From assembly GCA_944392225.1 (NCBI GenBank), contig CALXWB010000005.1, forward strand, positions 1 through 61,987: a DNA stretch of 61,987 bases. Direction: 5' to 3'. The number at the start of each line of letters is the position of its first letter. The stretch's first letter is position 1. The stretch is from an uncultured Alphaproteobacteria bacterium. GTDB lineage: Bacteria > Pseudomonadota > Alphaproteobacteria > RF32 > CAG-239. The notes under the pieces are model-generated. The model saw nothing but the letters and a program-made list of their open reading frames with translations, was not told where the DNA came from and ran no database searches. The position numbers were made by a program, and so were the translations under genes. Below are positions 47,578 to 56,885 of the stretch, piece by piece.

Positions 47578-47589
47578 CAGAGGCCTATC

Positions 47590-48972
47590 ATGAGTTTGAA
47601 AGTTGCCATTATCGGACGCCCAAATGTTGGAAAATCTACCCTTTTTAACCGCTTGGTCGGCAGAAAAGTTGCCATTGTTCATGACAAACCCGGCGTCACA
47701 CGTGACCGCAGAGAAGCCCCTGCCAAGCTGCGTGATATGGCTTTGACCATTATTGACACCGCCGGTTATGAATATGCCAAAGATGACTCCATTGAAAAAA
47801 GAATGTGGGAACAAACTCAAAGAGCCATTCAGGATGCCGATGTTTGCTTGTTTTTGTTTGACGCACGCGATGGTTTGCAGCCCTATGATGAGCATTTTGC
47901 TCAGCTTTTGCGCCAAATGCATAAGCCGGTTGTTTTGCTTGCCAATAAATGTGAAGGAAAAATGCAGGAAGACAGTATCGGCGAGGCTTATAAACTCGGC
48001 TTTGGTCAGCCTATTCCTTTTTCTGCCGAACATGGTCTCGGTATGCAAGATCTCTATGACGCTCTGCGCCAATATTATCATACCGCAGATGAAGAAAAGC
48101 CAACTACGCCGCAAATTTCCGACGAAGCAGAAGATGATGAAGATGAGGCCTGGAAATCGCGTCCCATCCAGCTGGCTATTGTCGGACGGCCGAATGTGGG
48201 AAAATCTACCCTCGTTAATGCTTTGCTTAACGACGAGCGTATGCTTACCGGGCCGGAAGCCGGCATGACAAGAGATGCCATCACCACAGCTTGGGAATAT
48301 CAGGGCAGAAAAATCAACTTGGTTGATACCGCCGGTTTGCGCAAACAAGCAAAAGTTTCTGACTCGCTTGAAAAATTGTCTGCCGCCAATACCAAACGTG
48401 CCGCTTTTTTGGCGCAAGTGGTGATTTTGGTCTTGGACGCCGATGCCGTGTTGGATAAGCAAGACTTGACCATTGCGCGCCAAGTTTTGGAAGAAGGAAG
48501 AGCTTTGGTTATTGCCGTTAATAAATGGGATATTGCCAACAGAAAAGAAGCTCTTGACCAGCTGAACTATAAATTGCGCACGTCTTTGACCCAGGCTGAA
48601 GGTGTGCCCACGGTTACTGTTTCCGCTCTCAAAAAAGAAGGCTTGGACAAGCTCATGCGCGCCGTTTTCAAAGTGTATGACCGTTGGAATATGCGCATTC
48701 CAACCGCTCCTTTGAACAAGTGGTTTGCCGATGTTTTGGATAATAATCCGCCTCCGCTCGGCAAAAATAATCGTAGAATCAAACTGCGCTATATCACGCA
48801 AGCCAAAACCAGGCCGCCGGCATTTTTTATCTTCTCCAGCAACCCGGAAGGCTTGCCTGACTCGTATTTGCGCTATTTACTGAATGATCTGAGAAAAACT
48901 TTTGATTTGGGCGGAATTCCTTTGCGCATTACCACAAGAAAAGGTAACAACCCTTATCAAGATAAAAAATAA
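47590..48972 (+). CDS. der: Ribosome-associated GTPase Der/EngA
   Basis: It has two G domains (GRPNVGKSTLFN and GRPNVGKSTLVN, each with DTAG) and a KH-like C-terminus. Confidence 0.96.
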   Translation: MSLKVAIIGRPNVGKSTLFNRLVGRKVAIVHDKPGVTRDRREAPAKLRDMALTIIDTAGYEYAKDDSIEKRMWEQTQRAIQDADVCLFLFDARDGLQPYDEHFAQLLRQMHKPVVLLANKCEGKMQEDSIGEAYKLGFGQPIPFSAEHGLGMQDLYDALRQYYHTADEEKPTTPQISDEAEDDEDEAWKSRPIQLAIVGRPNVGKSTLVNALLNDERMLTGPEAGMTRDAITTAWEYQGRKINLVDTAGLRKQAKVSDSLEKLSAANTKRAAFLAQVVILVLDADAVLDKQDLTIARQVLEEGRALVIAVNKWDIANRKEALDQLNYKLRTSLTQAEGVPTVTVSALKKEGLDKLMRAVFKVYDRWNMRIPTAPLNKWFADVLDNNPPPLGKNNRRIKLRYITQAKTRPPAFFIFSSNPEGLPDSYLRYLLNDLRKTFDLGGIPLRITTRKGNNPYQDKK

Positions 48973-49068
48973 TTTCTATTTTTTCAGAAAGATTGAAATT
49001 GTTTGCAAATTTTTAAAAAATTTGTTATAATTTTTTTGTGTGCACCGCAATTGTTTGGGAGAAGTATC

Positions 49069-51447
49069 ATGTCTATTAAAGGGTCTTATCGGTTTATCTT
49101 TTTTTCTTTGTTTTGCTCAATTTTAGGTTATGCACCTTTGGCGCAAAGCGCAGAGAATATTACAGAACAAACAAAATTTTCTCTTGAACAGCCTTCCGTT
49201 GCCGCTTCATACCAAACAGCTGCCATACAGTTTTTACCTAATTACAAAGACAGCGATATTGGTTATAATACACATGACTTGACAGCCGGCAGCATTGCCG
49301 ATGATGATTCTTGCTCAGCCTACCCTCTTTCTTCTTGCCCGGCCAACGGAAACTGCCGCCAATGTCCCACTAATAGAAACAAATATCGCCTTCTGAGCTG
49401 TCAAGATCCTTATATTATCACAAGTAACAAAACCGCTTGCCGCGCAAAGGTTTGCTCCGATTTTGGCGCTGGGTATAAATCTGCTCCCGGTGCAAATGAA
49501 GTTTGCTATAAACAAAGTTTTGCCAGCACCACAAAATTGAATTGCTATTTTGATTGTGAAAAGAAAGTAACCTGCAGCACCGTGGCAAGCGGTGGTCAAG
49601 AAACGATACCAAGTGGTAAAAAATGCACGAGTCAATCTTTTAAATATTCCGACTTACAAACTCTGCAATGCTATGTCGGTTGTCGCAGCTTAAACTGCAG
49701 CGGCTATAATTTAAATTGTTTGAGCAAGCCGGCACATGCCACCTCCATGACAAAATGCCCTGACTGTTCAACAAGCTTGGAAAGATATCTCAAACCCGGA
49801 ACCATAACATCATCCATTTATGCACCTTTTATTGCTCAATGCGATTCTTCTTATTGCAAAATCGGCGCTTGTGAAGATGGCTATAAAATTAGCTCAGACG
49901 GAACAAAGTGTCTCAATGATACTTGCTCTAAAGGCTATTATAAAGAATGTGAAACCGGCACTCAAGGGACAGCCCAATATACAGAGACAGGAACAGCTTG
50001 TTATCAGTGTAAACCGGCAAGCACCAGTTGTAGTGAAAAAGGCTATTATGACTCCACTTATTGGAACTCTAAAAAACCCTCAGACGGACAAACTTATAGC
50101 TTTGTAAAAACAGCTACTTGTCCTTATGCTTCTAATTATTATATGGGCTATTGGAACCCAACCACTTGTAATGCACCAAACCCAGGATATTATCTCTATT
50201 CTGACTTGACATGCAGCAGCCAACTTATTTCTGGAAAAACAGTAATTGGTGTTATCTTTTCTGACTTATCAATCACAAATTCAAAATTAGCTCTGGCTCT
50301 CACAGGATATAATGTTAAGTGGTCAGATACATCGGTTGATATTCCTAATTTAAAAAACAGTTCTTCAGTTATTGATGATACAAACGGTAAGGCAAATTCT
50401 TACATAATTAGTAGCTATTGCAACGTTGCATCGCTGAATTGTCCGGCAGCAACAAATGCAACAAGTTATAAAACCGCGGGAACAAGTGCTGGGGACTGGT
50501 ACTTGCCAGCAGGAACGGAAATGGAGATGATTTCCATAAATAAAAGCTTGCTTGATTCTAAATTATCAGCAGCTGGAGGAAGAACCTTAGGCAGATTATA
50601 TCTTTGGACATCCACTGAAGCATCTGCCTCAACCGCCTATACTTGGCATTATTCCGCTGGCTGGAAAGCCTCAAGCAAGACAAGCTCATATCATGCTCGT
50701 CCGATTATAGATCTTGCAAGAAAAACTCCAACATGTTCTCAAGTTTCGTGTAGTAATACATTAACATCTTGTCCGGCAAACGGTGTATGCTCAGTTTGTG
50801 TTGCACAAACCTCAACCTGTACTCAGGCTGCAGCCAAATATATGCTCACCGGCTGTAATGCTGGTTATGTAAAATCTGGCAACACTTGTGTCGCTCCGGC
50901 TCAAAAATGTACCAACCCACAAGTCGGTTACATCTTATATTCAGATAAGAGTTGCAGCAGCACTCTTACATCTGGAAAAACACCTATTGCCGTTATTGCC
51001 GATACGACCAACAAAGTTGCCGTTGCTCTAGAAAATAAAGGACCTACAAAATGGTATGATTATGGCTCTGATGAGCTGATTAATACACATTTAGCTGGCT
51101 TAACCGGAGACGGAAAAACAGATACAGCAACTTTATTAAAAAATTGCGGACCTTGCACTGCTGTTATAACAGTTAATAGTTACACACCAGCTGGGACAAG
51201 CCGTGGAGATTGGTATTTGCCTTCAAAATCCGAACTTGACGTTATCTATAATAAGAGATCAACCATCAACAGCGGAATAAGCAAAGCCGGTGGAACCCAA
51301 ATCTCAACCAGCACCACAACCTGGAGCTCATCAAGATCTGGCTACGATATCATTTGGGCCACAGGTGCATCCTCTTACGAACTTGACATGAGAGAATCTC
51401 ATTACGTTCGACCGGTAATGAACTACCAAGACTGGTTAAATAAATAA
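49069..51447 (+). CDS. Secreted cysteine-rich protein with two DUF1566 (Lcl C-terminal-like) domains; internally duplicated
   Basis: It begins with the signal peptide MSIKGSYRFIFFSLFCSILGYAPLAQSA and has about 45 Cys. The modules SCPANG.C..C ... GY.LYSD..CSS.L.SGKT.I.VI ... AGTS.GDWYLP...E ... H..RP each occur twice. The ATG at 49069 follows GGGAGA. Confidence 0.7.
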   Translation: MSIKGSYRFIFFSLFCSILGYAPLAQSAENITEQTKFSLEQPSVAASYQTAAIQFLPNYKDSDIGYNTHDLTAGSIADDDSCSAYPLSSCPANGNCRQCPTNRNKYRLLSCQDPYIITSNKTACRAKVCSDFGAGYKSAPGANEVCYKQSFASTTKLNCYFDCEKKVTCSTVASGGQETIPSGKKCTSQSFKYSDLQTLQCYVGCRSLNCSGYNLNCLSKPAHATSMTKCPDCSTSLERYLKPGTITSSIYAPFIAQCDSSYCKIGACEDGYKISSDGTKCLNDTCSKGYYKECETGTQGTAQYTETGTACYQCKPASTSCSEKGYYDSTYWNSKKPSDGQTYSFVKTATCPYASNYYMGYWNPTTCNAPNPGYYLYSDLTCSSQLISGKTVIGVIFSDLSITNSKLALALTGYNVKWSDTSVDIPNLKNSSSVIDDTNGKANSYIISSYCNVASLNCPAATNATSYKTAGTSAGDWYLPAGTEMEMISINKSLLDSKLSAAGGRTLGRLYLWTSTEASASTAYTWHYSAGWKASSKTSSYHARPIIDLARKTPTCSQVSCSNTLTSCPANGVCSVCVAQTSTCTQAAAKYMLTGCNAGYVKSGNTCVAPAQKCTNPQVGYILYSDKSCSSTLTSGKTPIAVIADTTNKVAVALENKGPTKWYDYGSDELINTHLAGLTGDGKTDTATLLKNCGPCTAVITVNSYTPAGTSRGDWYLPSKSELDVIYNKRSTINSGISKAGGTQISTSTTTWSSSRSGYDIIWATGASSYELDMRESHYVRPVMNYQDWLNK

Positions 51448-51455
51448 CATCATTC

Positions 51456-51490
51456 TCCCCTCAGGACAGAAGTTCTGAGGGGATTTTTTT
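51456..51490 (+). terminator. Rho-independent terminator of the Cys-rich protein gene
   Basis: tcccctcag (51456-51464) pairs with ctgagggga (51475-51483) and is followed by T7. Confidence 0.85.
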
Positions 51491-51522
51491 GTTCTGTTTA
51501 AAAACTATATCACATGGGAAAA

Positions 51523-52239
51523 CTATATCACACGGGCAACGGTTAATGTATCTACCGACTTGGCTCCGGCCGCTTTGATGGCTAGGGCACATTCTTTCAA
51601 TGTTGAACCCGTGGTCATAACATCATCTATCAAAACCACGCGTTTGCCTTTAATTTTGTCTTGATGTTTGACGCTAAAAACACCTTTGACATTTTGTACC
51701 CTTTCTTTGCCGGAAAATGCCACCTGCGGTTTGGTCGCTTTATGCTTGATAACGGAAGTATAGTCCACGGGAACATGGCACAGTTTGCTCAGCTCTTTGG
51801 CCAGCAAAGCCGATTGGTTATATTTTCTTTTGACCAAACGCGTATAATGCAGCGGAATCGGCACCAAAATATCAACCCCTTCTTTCCAAATATCTTTTCC
51901 GGCAATATTCAACCATTTGGCTAAAACCTTGGCATTTTCGGTTTTATCCATAAACTTGAGTGCCAGAATCAAATTTTTGGAAGCTTCATCATAGCATAAA
52001 GCCGAACGATTGTAACGAAACGGCGTTTTTTTCTTCTTACTGCACGTGGCGCACAACATCTTTTTGCCGGTGTTTTGCGCTTCAAACGGGTGACCGCACT
52101 TATGACAATATGGTGCTGAGATGAAATTTAACTCGTTATAACATTCTGCGCATAAGCCGTCTTGCGCCAAAATGGCTCCGCATTTGATGCAGCGCGGCGG
52201 CAAAAAAATTTCAATTATTTTTTGCAATATTTCTTTCAT
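51523..52239 (-). CDS. comF: ComF family protein (amidophosphoribosyltransferase-like)
   Basis: It has N-terminal Cys4 zinc-finger pairs and the PRTase motif VVLIDDVMTTGSTL. Its start has an ATGA overlap with the sucD-like stop. Confidence 0.85.
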   Translation of the reverse strand: MKEILQKIIEIFLPPRCIKCGAILAQDGLCAECYNELNFISAPYCHKCGHPFEAQNTGKKMLCATCSKKKKTPFRYNRSALCYDEASKNLILALKFMDKTENAKVLAKWLNIAGKDIWKEGVDILVPIPLHYTRLVKRKYNQSALLAKELSKLCHVPVDYTSVIKHKATKPQVAFSGKERVQNVKGVFSVKHQDKIKGKRVVLIDDVMTTGSTLKECALAIKAAGAKSVDTLTVARVI

Positions 52240-53117
52240 GCTTTGGGGAACAGCTTTAACAGCTCCTCATGAATCTCTTTGATGCTGTTGACCACAATTA
52301 TCCCGGCATCTTGCATGGCATCTTTTTTGTCTTGTGCAGAAATGCGCCCCTTGGTGATGACATCTCCGGCATAGCCCATTTTGTGGCCAAAGGGCACAGC
52401 ATCACCGACAACCAAGCCAATCACCGGCTTTTTCTTCTTCAGACTCTTATAATATTTTGCCGCATCTTCTTCAAAGGTGCCGCCCAAATGTCCCAACATG
52501 ACAATGGCTTTGGTTTCTTCATCTCCGTGAAAAGCTTTAAGCGAATCGATAAAATCTATGCCGATCATCATATCATCGCCCAAACCCAAAACCGTGCTTT
52601 GACCCAGATTGTTGGCGCGATTGGTTTCTATCACGGCTTCATATGTTAAGGTGGAAGAACGTGACACAATCCCGATTTTGCCTTTGTGATGAATATTTTC
52701 CGGGAAAATGCCCAATCTGGCCTCGCCGGGTGTGATAATACCAGGTGTATTGGGACCAATCAGTTTTGTTTTGCTCCCTTTGAGCATGGCCTTGACTTCC
52801 AGCATGTCTTTCAAGGGCACTCCGGCAGCAATGCAAACAACCAAGTCCAACTCTGCCTCCACAGCTTCTTTCATGGCCGCTTTGACAGCCGGTGCCGGAA
52901 CAAACATCACACTGGCGTTGGCTCCCGTTTCGGCCTTGGCTTCTTTAACCGTGTTGAAAACCGGCAGACCCAAATGCATTTCTCCGCCTTTTTCCGGCGT
53001 GACACCGCTCACAACATGGGTGCCATAATCCAAAGAACGCTTGATATGAAATGTGGCCTGCGACCCCGTAATACCTTGACAAACAACTTTGGTGTCTTTG
53101 TTAACCAATATGGACAT
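52236..53117 (-). CDS. Succinyl-CoA synthetase alpha-subunit-like protein, divergent: the phosphohistidine position is Tyr
   Basis: It is colinear with SucD (MSILVNKDTKVVCQGITGSQATFH, IVSRSSTLTYE). The loop GKRMGHAGAI is here GHKMGYAGDV, and the Tyr codon TAT lies at 52371-52373. Confidence 0.8.
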   Translation of the reverse strand: MSILVNKDTKVVCQGITGSQATFHIKRSLDYGTHVVSGVTPEKGGEMHLGLPVFNTVKEAKAETGANASVMFVPAPAVKAAMKEAVEAELDLVVCIAAGVPLKDMLEVKAMLKGSKTKLIGPNTPGIITPGEARLGIFPENIHHKGKIGIVSRSSTLTYEAVIETNRANNLGQSTVLGLGDDMMIGIDFIDSLKAFHGDEETKAIVMLGHLGGTFEEDAAKYYKSLKKKKPVIGLVVGDAVPFGHKMGYAGDVITKGRISAQDKKDAMQDAGIIVVNSIKEIHEELLKLFPKA

Positions 53118-54319
53118 TATTCGCTCTCCTCTACGGCTTTGATGACGGAATCTACAGCCGAATCCATTTCTTCTGCAATGATGACCGGCAGTTTGGAATG
53201 TTGCAAAATTTCTTTGGCCTCGTCTTTATTGGTTCCCTCAAAACGCACCACCAGCGGCACATTCAACCCAACTTCAGAGGCCGCGGCAATAATCCCTTCC
53301 GCAATCAAATTGCAACGCAAAAAACCACCCAAAATGTTTATCAATATACCCTCAACCTTGGGGTTGGTCATGATGATTTTGATACCCGAAGCGATTTTAT
53401 CTTTATCAACACCGCCTTTAACGTTGAGAAAGCAAGCGGCACTGTAACCTCTTTTTTGCAGCTCATCCATAATGGCCATGGCCAAACCATCACCATTGAC
53501 AATGCAGCCGATGTTGCCATCAAAGTCACAATATGTAAACTTATATTTGGCCGCTTGCAGCTCGCGTTCGCCTTCTTCATAATCATCTTGCAAAGCCGAT
53601 ATATCGGCATGACGATACAAGGCATTGTCATCAAAAGAAATTTTGGCATCCAGCGCCACTAATTGTCCACTACCCATCACCCCGACAGGGTTGATTTCTA
53701 TCATGGAGGCATCATAATCCAAAAAAGCTTTATGCAGACCGTTTATCAAGCGTTTTAAGCTTCTGCCGCTGCGCGGCGGAAGTTTTAAAAATTCCAAAAC
53801 TTTGCGAATCTGTTCCGGGGCAACGCCATGATTGAGCGGCAGCGCAATTTTTAATATTTTTTCCGGCTCGTTTAAGGCCAGTTCATTAATTTCTTTTTCT
53901 CCCGTTTCCGCAACCAAAAGCGTTAAAGCAGAGGCCATGCGGTCAATGACCAAAGCGGCATAAAAAATCTTTTTGACCTTGGTATAGGCTTCCACATAAA
54001 TGCGGCTGACGGATTTGCCTTTGGGGCCGGTTTGCAAGGTGACCAAGGTTGAACCAAGCATTTGTTCGGCATTTTTTATGATATCGCGCCGACTTTTGAT
54101 GAGGCGAATCCCGGCTTTTTTTCCGGCTTTTTCTTCCAAGAAATAGCCTTTGGCTCTGGCCCCGGACTGAATCTGTGCTTTGAGCATCCAGGGACCGCGA
54201 AGCGAAACTTTGGCGGCAACCTTTTTGGCCTCGTTCGGGGTATAGGCAATTTTGCCTTTGGGAATGACAATGCCATATTTGCTCAAAATTTTCTTGGCTT
54301 GGTATTCATGAATATTCAT
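53117..54319 (-). CDS. Succinyl-CoA synthetase beta-subunit-like protein (ATP-grasp), divergent
   Basis: It is MNIHEYQAKKIL... and colinear with SucC, but the glycine-rich AGGRGKAGG loop is replaced by SGARAKGYFLEEKAGKKAG. I prefer the ATG at 54319, which follows AGGAAAG. Confidence 0.8.
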   Translation of the reverse strand: MNIHEYQAKKILSKYGIVIPKGKIAYTPNEAKKVAAKVSLRGPWMLKAQIQSGARAKGYFLEEKAGKKAGIRLIKSRRDIIKNAEQMLGSTLVTLQTGPKGKSVSRIYVEAYTKVKKIFYAALVIDRMASALTLLVAETGEKEINELALNEPEKILKIALPLNHGVAPEQIRKVLEFLKLPPRSGRSLKRLINGLHKAFLDYDASMIEINPVGVMGSGQLVALDAKISFDDNALYRHADISALQDDYEEGERELQAAKYKFTYCDFDGNIGCIVNGDGLAMAIMDELQKRGYSAACFLNVKGGVDKDKIASGIKIIMTNPKVEGILINILGGFLRCNLIAEGIIAAASEVGLNVPLVVRFEGTNKDEAKEILQHSKLPVIIAEEMDSAVDSVIKAVEESE

Positions 54320-54331
54320 CGGCAAACTTTC

Positions 54332-54742
54332 CTATAAAACTTCTGCATAATGCAAGATTTTTTCTGTCATTGATGTCAGGCCGTTGCGGCGGCTGGGGCT
54401 CAAATGTTCCGATAAGCCCAATTTTTTGAATATATCTTCTATCGGAGCAGATTTTATCTCTTCTGCCGTCCGCCCGGAAAAAATGCTCAAAACGATATAG
54501 ATTATTCCTTTGACGATGACGGCATCACTGTCTCCTAAAAAGAAAAGCTTGTTTTCTTTCTTTTCCGGCACCAGCCATACTTGTGATTGGCAGCCCTGCA
54601 CTTTCCATTCTTCCGTATGGAACTCCGGCGGCAAAGGTTCAAGCTTTCCGCCTAAATCAATGATATAGCGATATTTATCTTCCCAATCATCCAGAAGCTC
54701 AAAATTTTCAATCAATTCATCTATTGTCATCATTTTTTTCAT
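54332..54742 (-). CDS. sufE: Cysteine desulfuration protein SufE
   Basis: The ORF is 136 aa and has the VQGCQSQVWL active-site Cys motif. Confidence 0.9.
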   Translation of the reverse strand: MKKMMTIDELIENFELLDDWEDKYRYIIDLGGKLEPLPPEFHTEEWKVQGCQSQVWLVPEKKENKLFFLGDSDAVIVKGIIYIVLSIFSGRTAEEIKSAPIEDIFKKLGLSEHLSPSRRNGLTSMTEKILHYAEVL

Positions 54743-54849
54743 TCCGTTTTATTTATCAAATCTCTATCACTTTTCTTATGCCGCGGCAAGTTTTTTATCC
54801 TCATTATTCCGCATTATTTAAACTTTTACTTTTTCTTAAAATAAAATAC

Positions 54850-54878
54850 TTGTGAAAATGTTCTTTTTCTCCTATATA
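54850..54878 (+). promoter_or_regulatory. Candidate sigma70-type promoter upstream of yajC (-35 TTGTGA, 17-nt spacer, -10 TATATA)
   Basis: ttgtga lies at 54850-54855 and tatata at 54873-54878, about 57 nt upstream of the yajC ATG. Confidence 0.35.
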
Positions 54879-54934
54879 TAACTAAATTTTTGTTTTATAC
54901 TTTGTCTAATTTTATAATTTTAGAGGAGAAATAT

Positions 54935-55315
54935 ATGTTTATCAGTGATGCTCTTGCACAAACAACCGATGCAGCCGCTTCTCAAGGCTCTGTTACCGGG
55001 ATGTTTATTCAGCTGGCGCTTATTTTCTTGATTTTCTATCTCTTGCTTATTCGTCCGCAACAAAAGAAAATCAAACAACAAGAAGCCATGCTTGCCGCCA
55101 TTAAAAAAGGTGACGAGGTCATCACCAACGGCGGTGTTTATGGCAAAGTGGTTGATGCTGAACCTTTTGATTTGACCGTAGAAATTGCCGAAGGCGTTAA
55201 AGTCAAAATGGTGCGCTCCATGGTCAGAGAAGTTGTGACCGACGCGGTTAAACTTCCGGCTGCCGAAAAACACAGCAAAGGCAAAGTTGCCAATTCTAAC
55301 AAAAAAGCAAAATAA
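54935..55315 (+). CDS. yajC: Preprotein translocase subunit YajC
   Basis: It has LLLIRPQQKKIKQQEAMLAAIKKGDEVITNGGVYGKV. The ATG at 54935 follows GAGGAGA, and the gene lies upstream of secD-secF. Confidence 0.9.
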   Translation: MFISDALAQTTDAAASQGSVTGMFIQLALIFLIFYLLLIRPQQKKIKQQEAMLAAIKKGDEVITNGGVYGKVVDAEPFDLTVEIAEGVKVKMVRSMVREVVTDAVKLPAAEKHSKGKVANSNKKAK

Positions 55316-55330
55316 TATAAGGCTAAAGTA

Positions 55331-56875
55331 ATGTATAAATTGTCTAAATCTCGAATCCTTATCATTATTGCCATCTGCGTGTTGGGCATCTTTTTCACAA
55401 TACCGAACTTTTTGCCCAATAAAGACGCGCTTCCCAAATGGTGGCAACCCGTTAACCTTGGCTTGGATTTGCAAGGCGGTTCCAACCTCTTATTGGAAGT
55501 TAAGGTTGATGATGTGATCAAAGAAAGAATGGGAACATTGGAAGACTCCGCCCGCCAGGTTTTGCGCGAAAATAAAATTCGTTACCAAAACTTGCGTGCC
55601 GGAGAAAGTGATGTGACCGTCAAAATTGAAAATCCGAACGCCAGAAATAAGGCCATGGCCGCATTTAGAAAAATTGAAGACGGCTTGAATGTTGAGGAAA
55701 CAGCCGACGGAACTGTCAAAATCAGCTACACGGAAGTTGCCCTCAACCAGCTCAAACGCAAGATTGTGGATCAATCCATTGAAATTGTGCGGCGCCGTAT
55801 TGATGAGCTCGGCACAAAAGAACCTGTTATCCAAAGCCAGGGCGTGGATAGAATCGTGGTGCAACTTCCCGGTTTGCAAAACCCCGAATATGTTAAAACC
55901 TTGCTCGGTAAAACCGCAAAACTTTCTTTTCATATGGTTGACTCCAACACCACAACAGCCGATGCCAGAAGAGGTAAACTTTCTAACGCCTCACGTATTG
56001 TGCCCGGATCTGACGGCGGATCTTATGTTATCAGCCGCAAACCCGTGGTCGGCGGTGAAAATTTGATTGACGCTCAGCCAGCCTTCCAAGAAGGTGAGGC
56101 CGTCGTCAGCTTCAAGTTTGACTCCATCGGCGGCAAAAAATTCGGTGAAGCAACCAAAAACAATATCGGTGAAAGATTGGCCATTGTCTTGGATAATGAA
56201 GTGATTTCCGCTCCAACCATTCAGGGTGCCATTCTTGGCGGCAGCGGCGTGATTACCGGTAGTTTTACCGTGAAATCTGCCAATGATTTAGCCTTGCTCC
56301 TTCGCTCCGGGGCATTGCCAGCTCCGCTCGAGGTTTTGGAAGAACGCACCGTCGGTGCCGGTTTGGGCGCTGACTCCATTCAGGCCGGAGCCATTGCCTG
56401 CGTGATTGGTTTGATTGCCGTTATTGTCTTTATGATTGCAGCTTACGGTTTGTTTGGTATTTTCACCACCGTTGCCGTGTTTATGAACCTGTTCCTCATG
56501 CTCGGCATTTTGAGCCTGATGGGCGCAACACTCACCTTGCCCGGTATTGCCGGTGTTATCTTGACCGTGGGTATGGCTGTTGATGCCAATGTGCTCATTT
56601 TTGAACGTATGCGCGAAGAAGTAAAACTCGGTCGCTCCACACGTGATGCCGCAGAAGCCGGTTTCCGCGAGGCTTGGGCCACCATTCTGGACTCTAACCT
56701 CACGACCTTGGTTGCCGCTTTTGTGTTGTTTTATTTCGGAACCGGCCCGGTCAGAGGTTTTGCCGTTACTTTAACCATTGGTATTTTGACCTCCATGTTT
56801 ACGTCCGTGACCGTTACGCGTGTGATTATTGCGACTTGGATTGAGCGTTATAAGCCAACCAAATTGCCAATCTAA
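55331..56875 (+). CDS. secD: Protein translocase subunit SecD
   Basis: The ORF is 514 aa. It has an LGLDLQGG motif, a large periplasmic domain and a C-terminal 5-TM bundle. Confidence 0.95.
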   Translation: MYKLSKSRILIIIAICVLGIFFTIPNFLPNKDALPKWWQPVNLGLDLQGGSNLLLEVKVDDVIKERMGTLEDSARQVLRENKIRYQNLRAGESDVTVKIENPNARNKAMAAFRKIEDGLNVEETADGTVKISYTEVALNQLKRKIVDQSIEIVRRRIDELGTKEPVIQSQGVDRIVVQLPGLQNPEYVKTLLGKTAKLSFHMVDSNTTTADARRGKLSNASRIVPGSDGGSYVISRKPVVGGENLIDAQPAFQEGEAVVSFKFDSIGGKKFGEATKNNIGERLAIVLDNEVISAPTIQGAILGGSGVITGSFTVKSANDLALLLRSGALPAPLEVLEERTVGAGLGADSIQAGAIACVIGLIAVIVFMIAAYGLFGIFTTVAVFMNLFLMLGILSLMGATLTLPGIAGVILTVGMAVDANVLIFERMREEVKLGRSTRDAAEAGFREAWATILDSNLTTLVAAFVLFYFGTGPVRGFAVTLTIGILTSMFTSVTVTRVIIATWIERYKPTKLPI

Positions 56876-56885
56876 GTTGGAAGGA

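Noticed and set aside
47428-48801. A 457-aa ORF antisense to der. It is strikingly long for an AT-rich genome and could be mistaken for a real overlapping gene.
   Set aside because: It lies in the codon-aligned antisense frame, where stops arise only from sense TTA, CTA and TCA codons. der simply avoids those codons. The translated sequence is low-complexity with no recognisable motif, and it has no RBS or terminator context. der itself is unambiguous.
49003-49068. A TTG-initiated 22-codon extension of the Cys-rich protein ORF.
   Set aside because: The internal ATG at 49069 is preceded by GGGAGA at proper spacing. It begins a canonical signal peptide (positively charged N-region, hydrophobic core, AQSA cleavage site).
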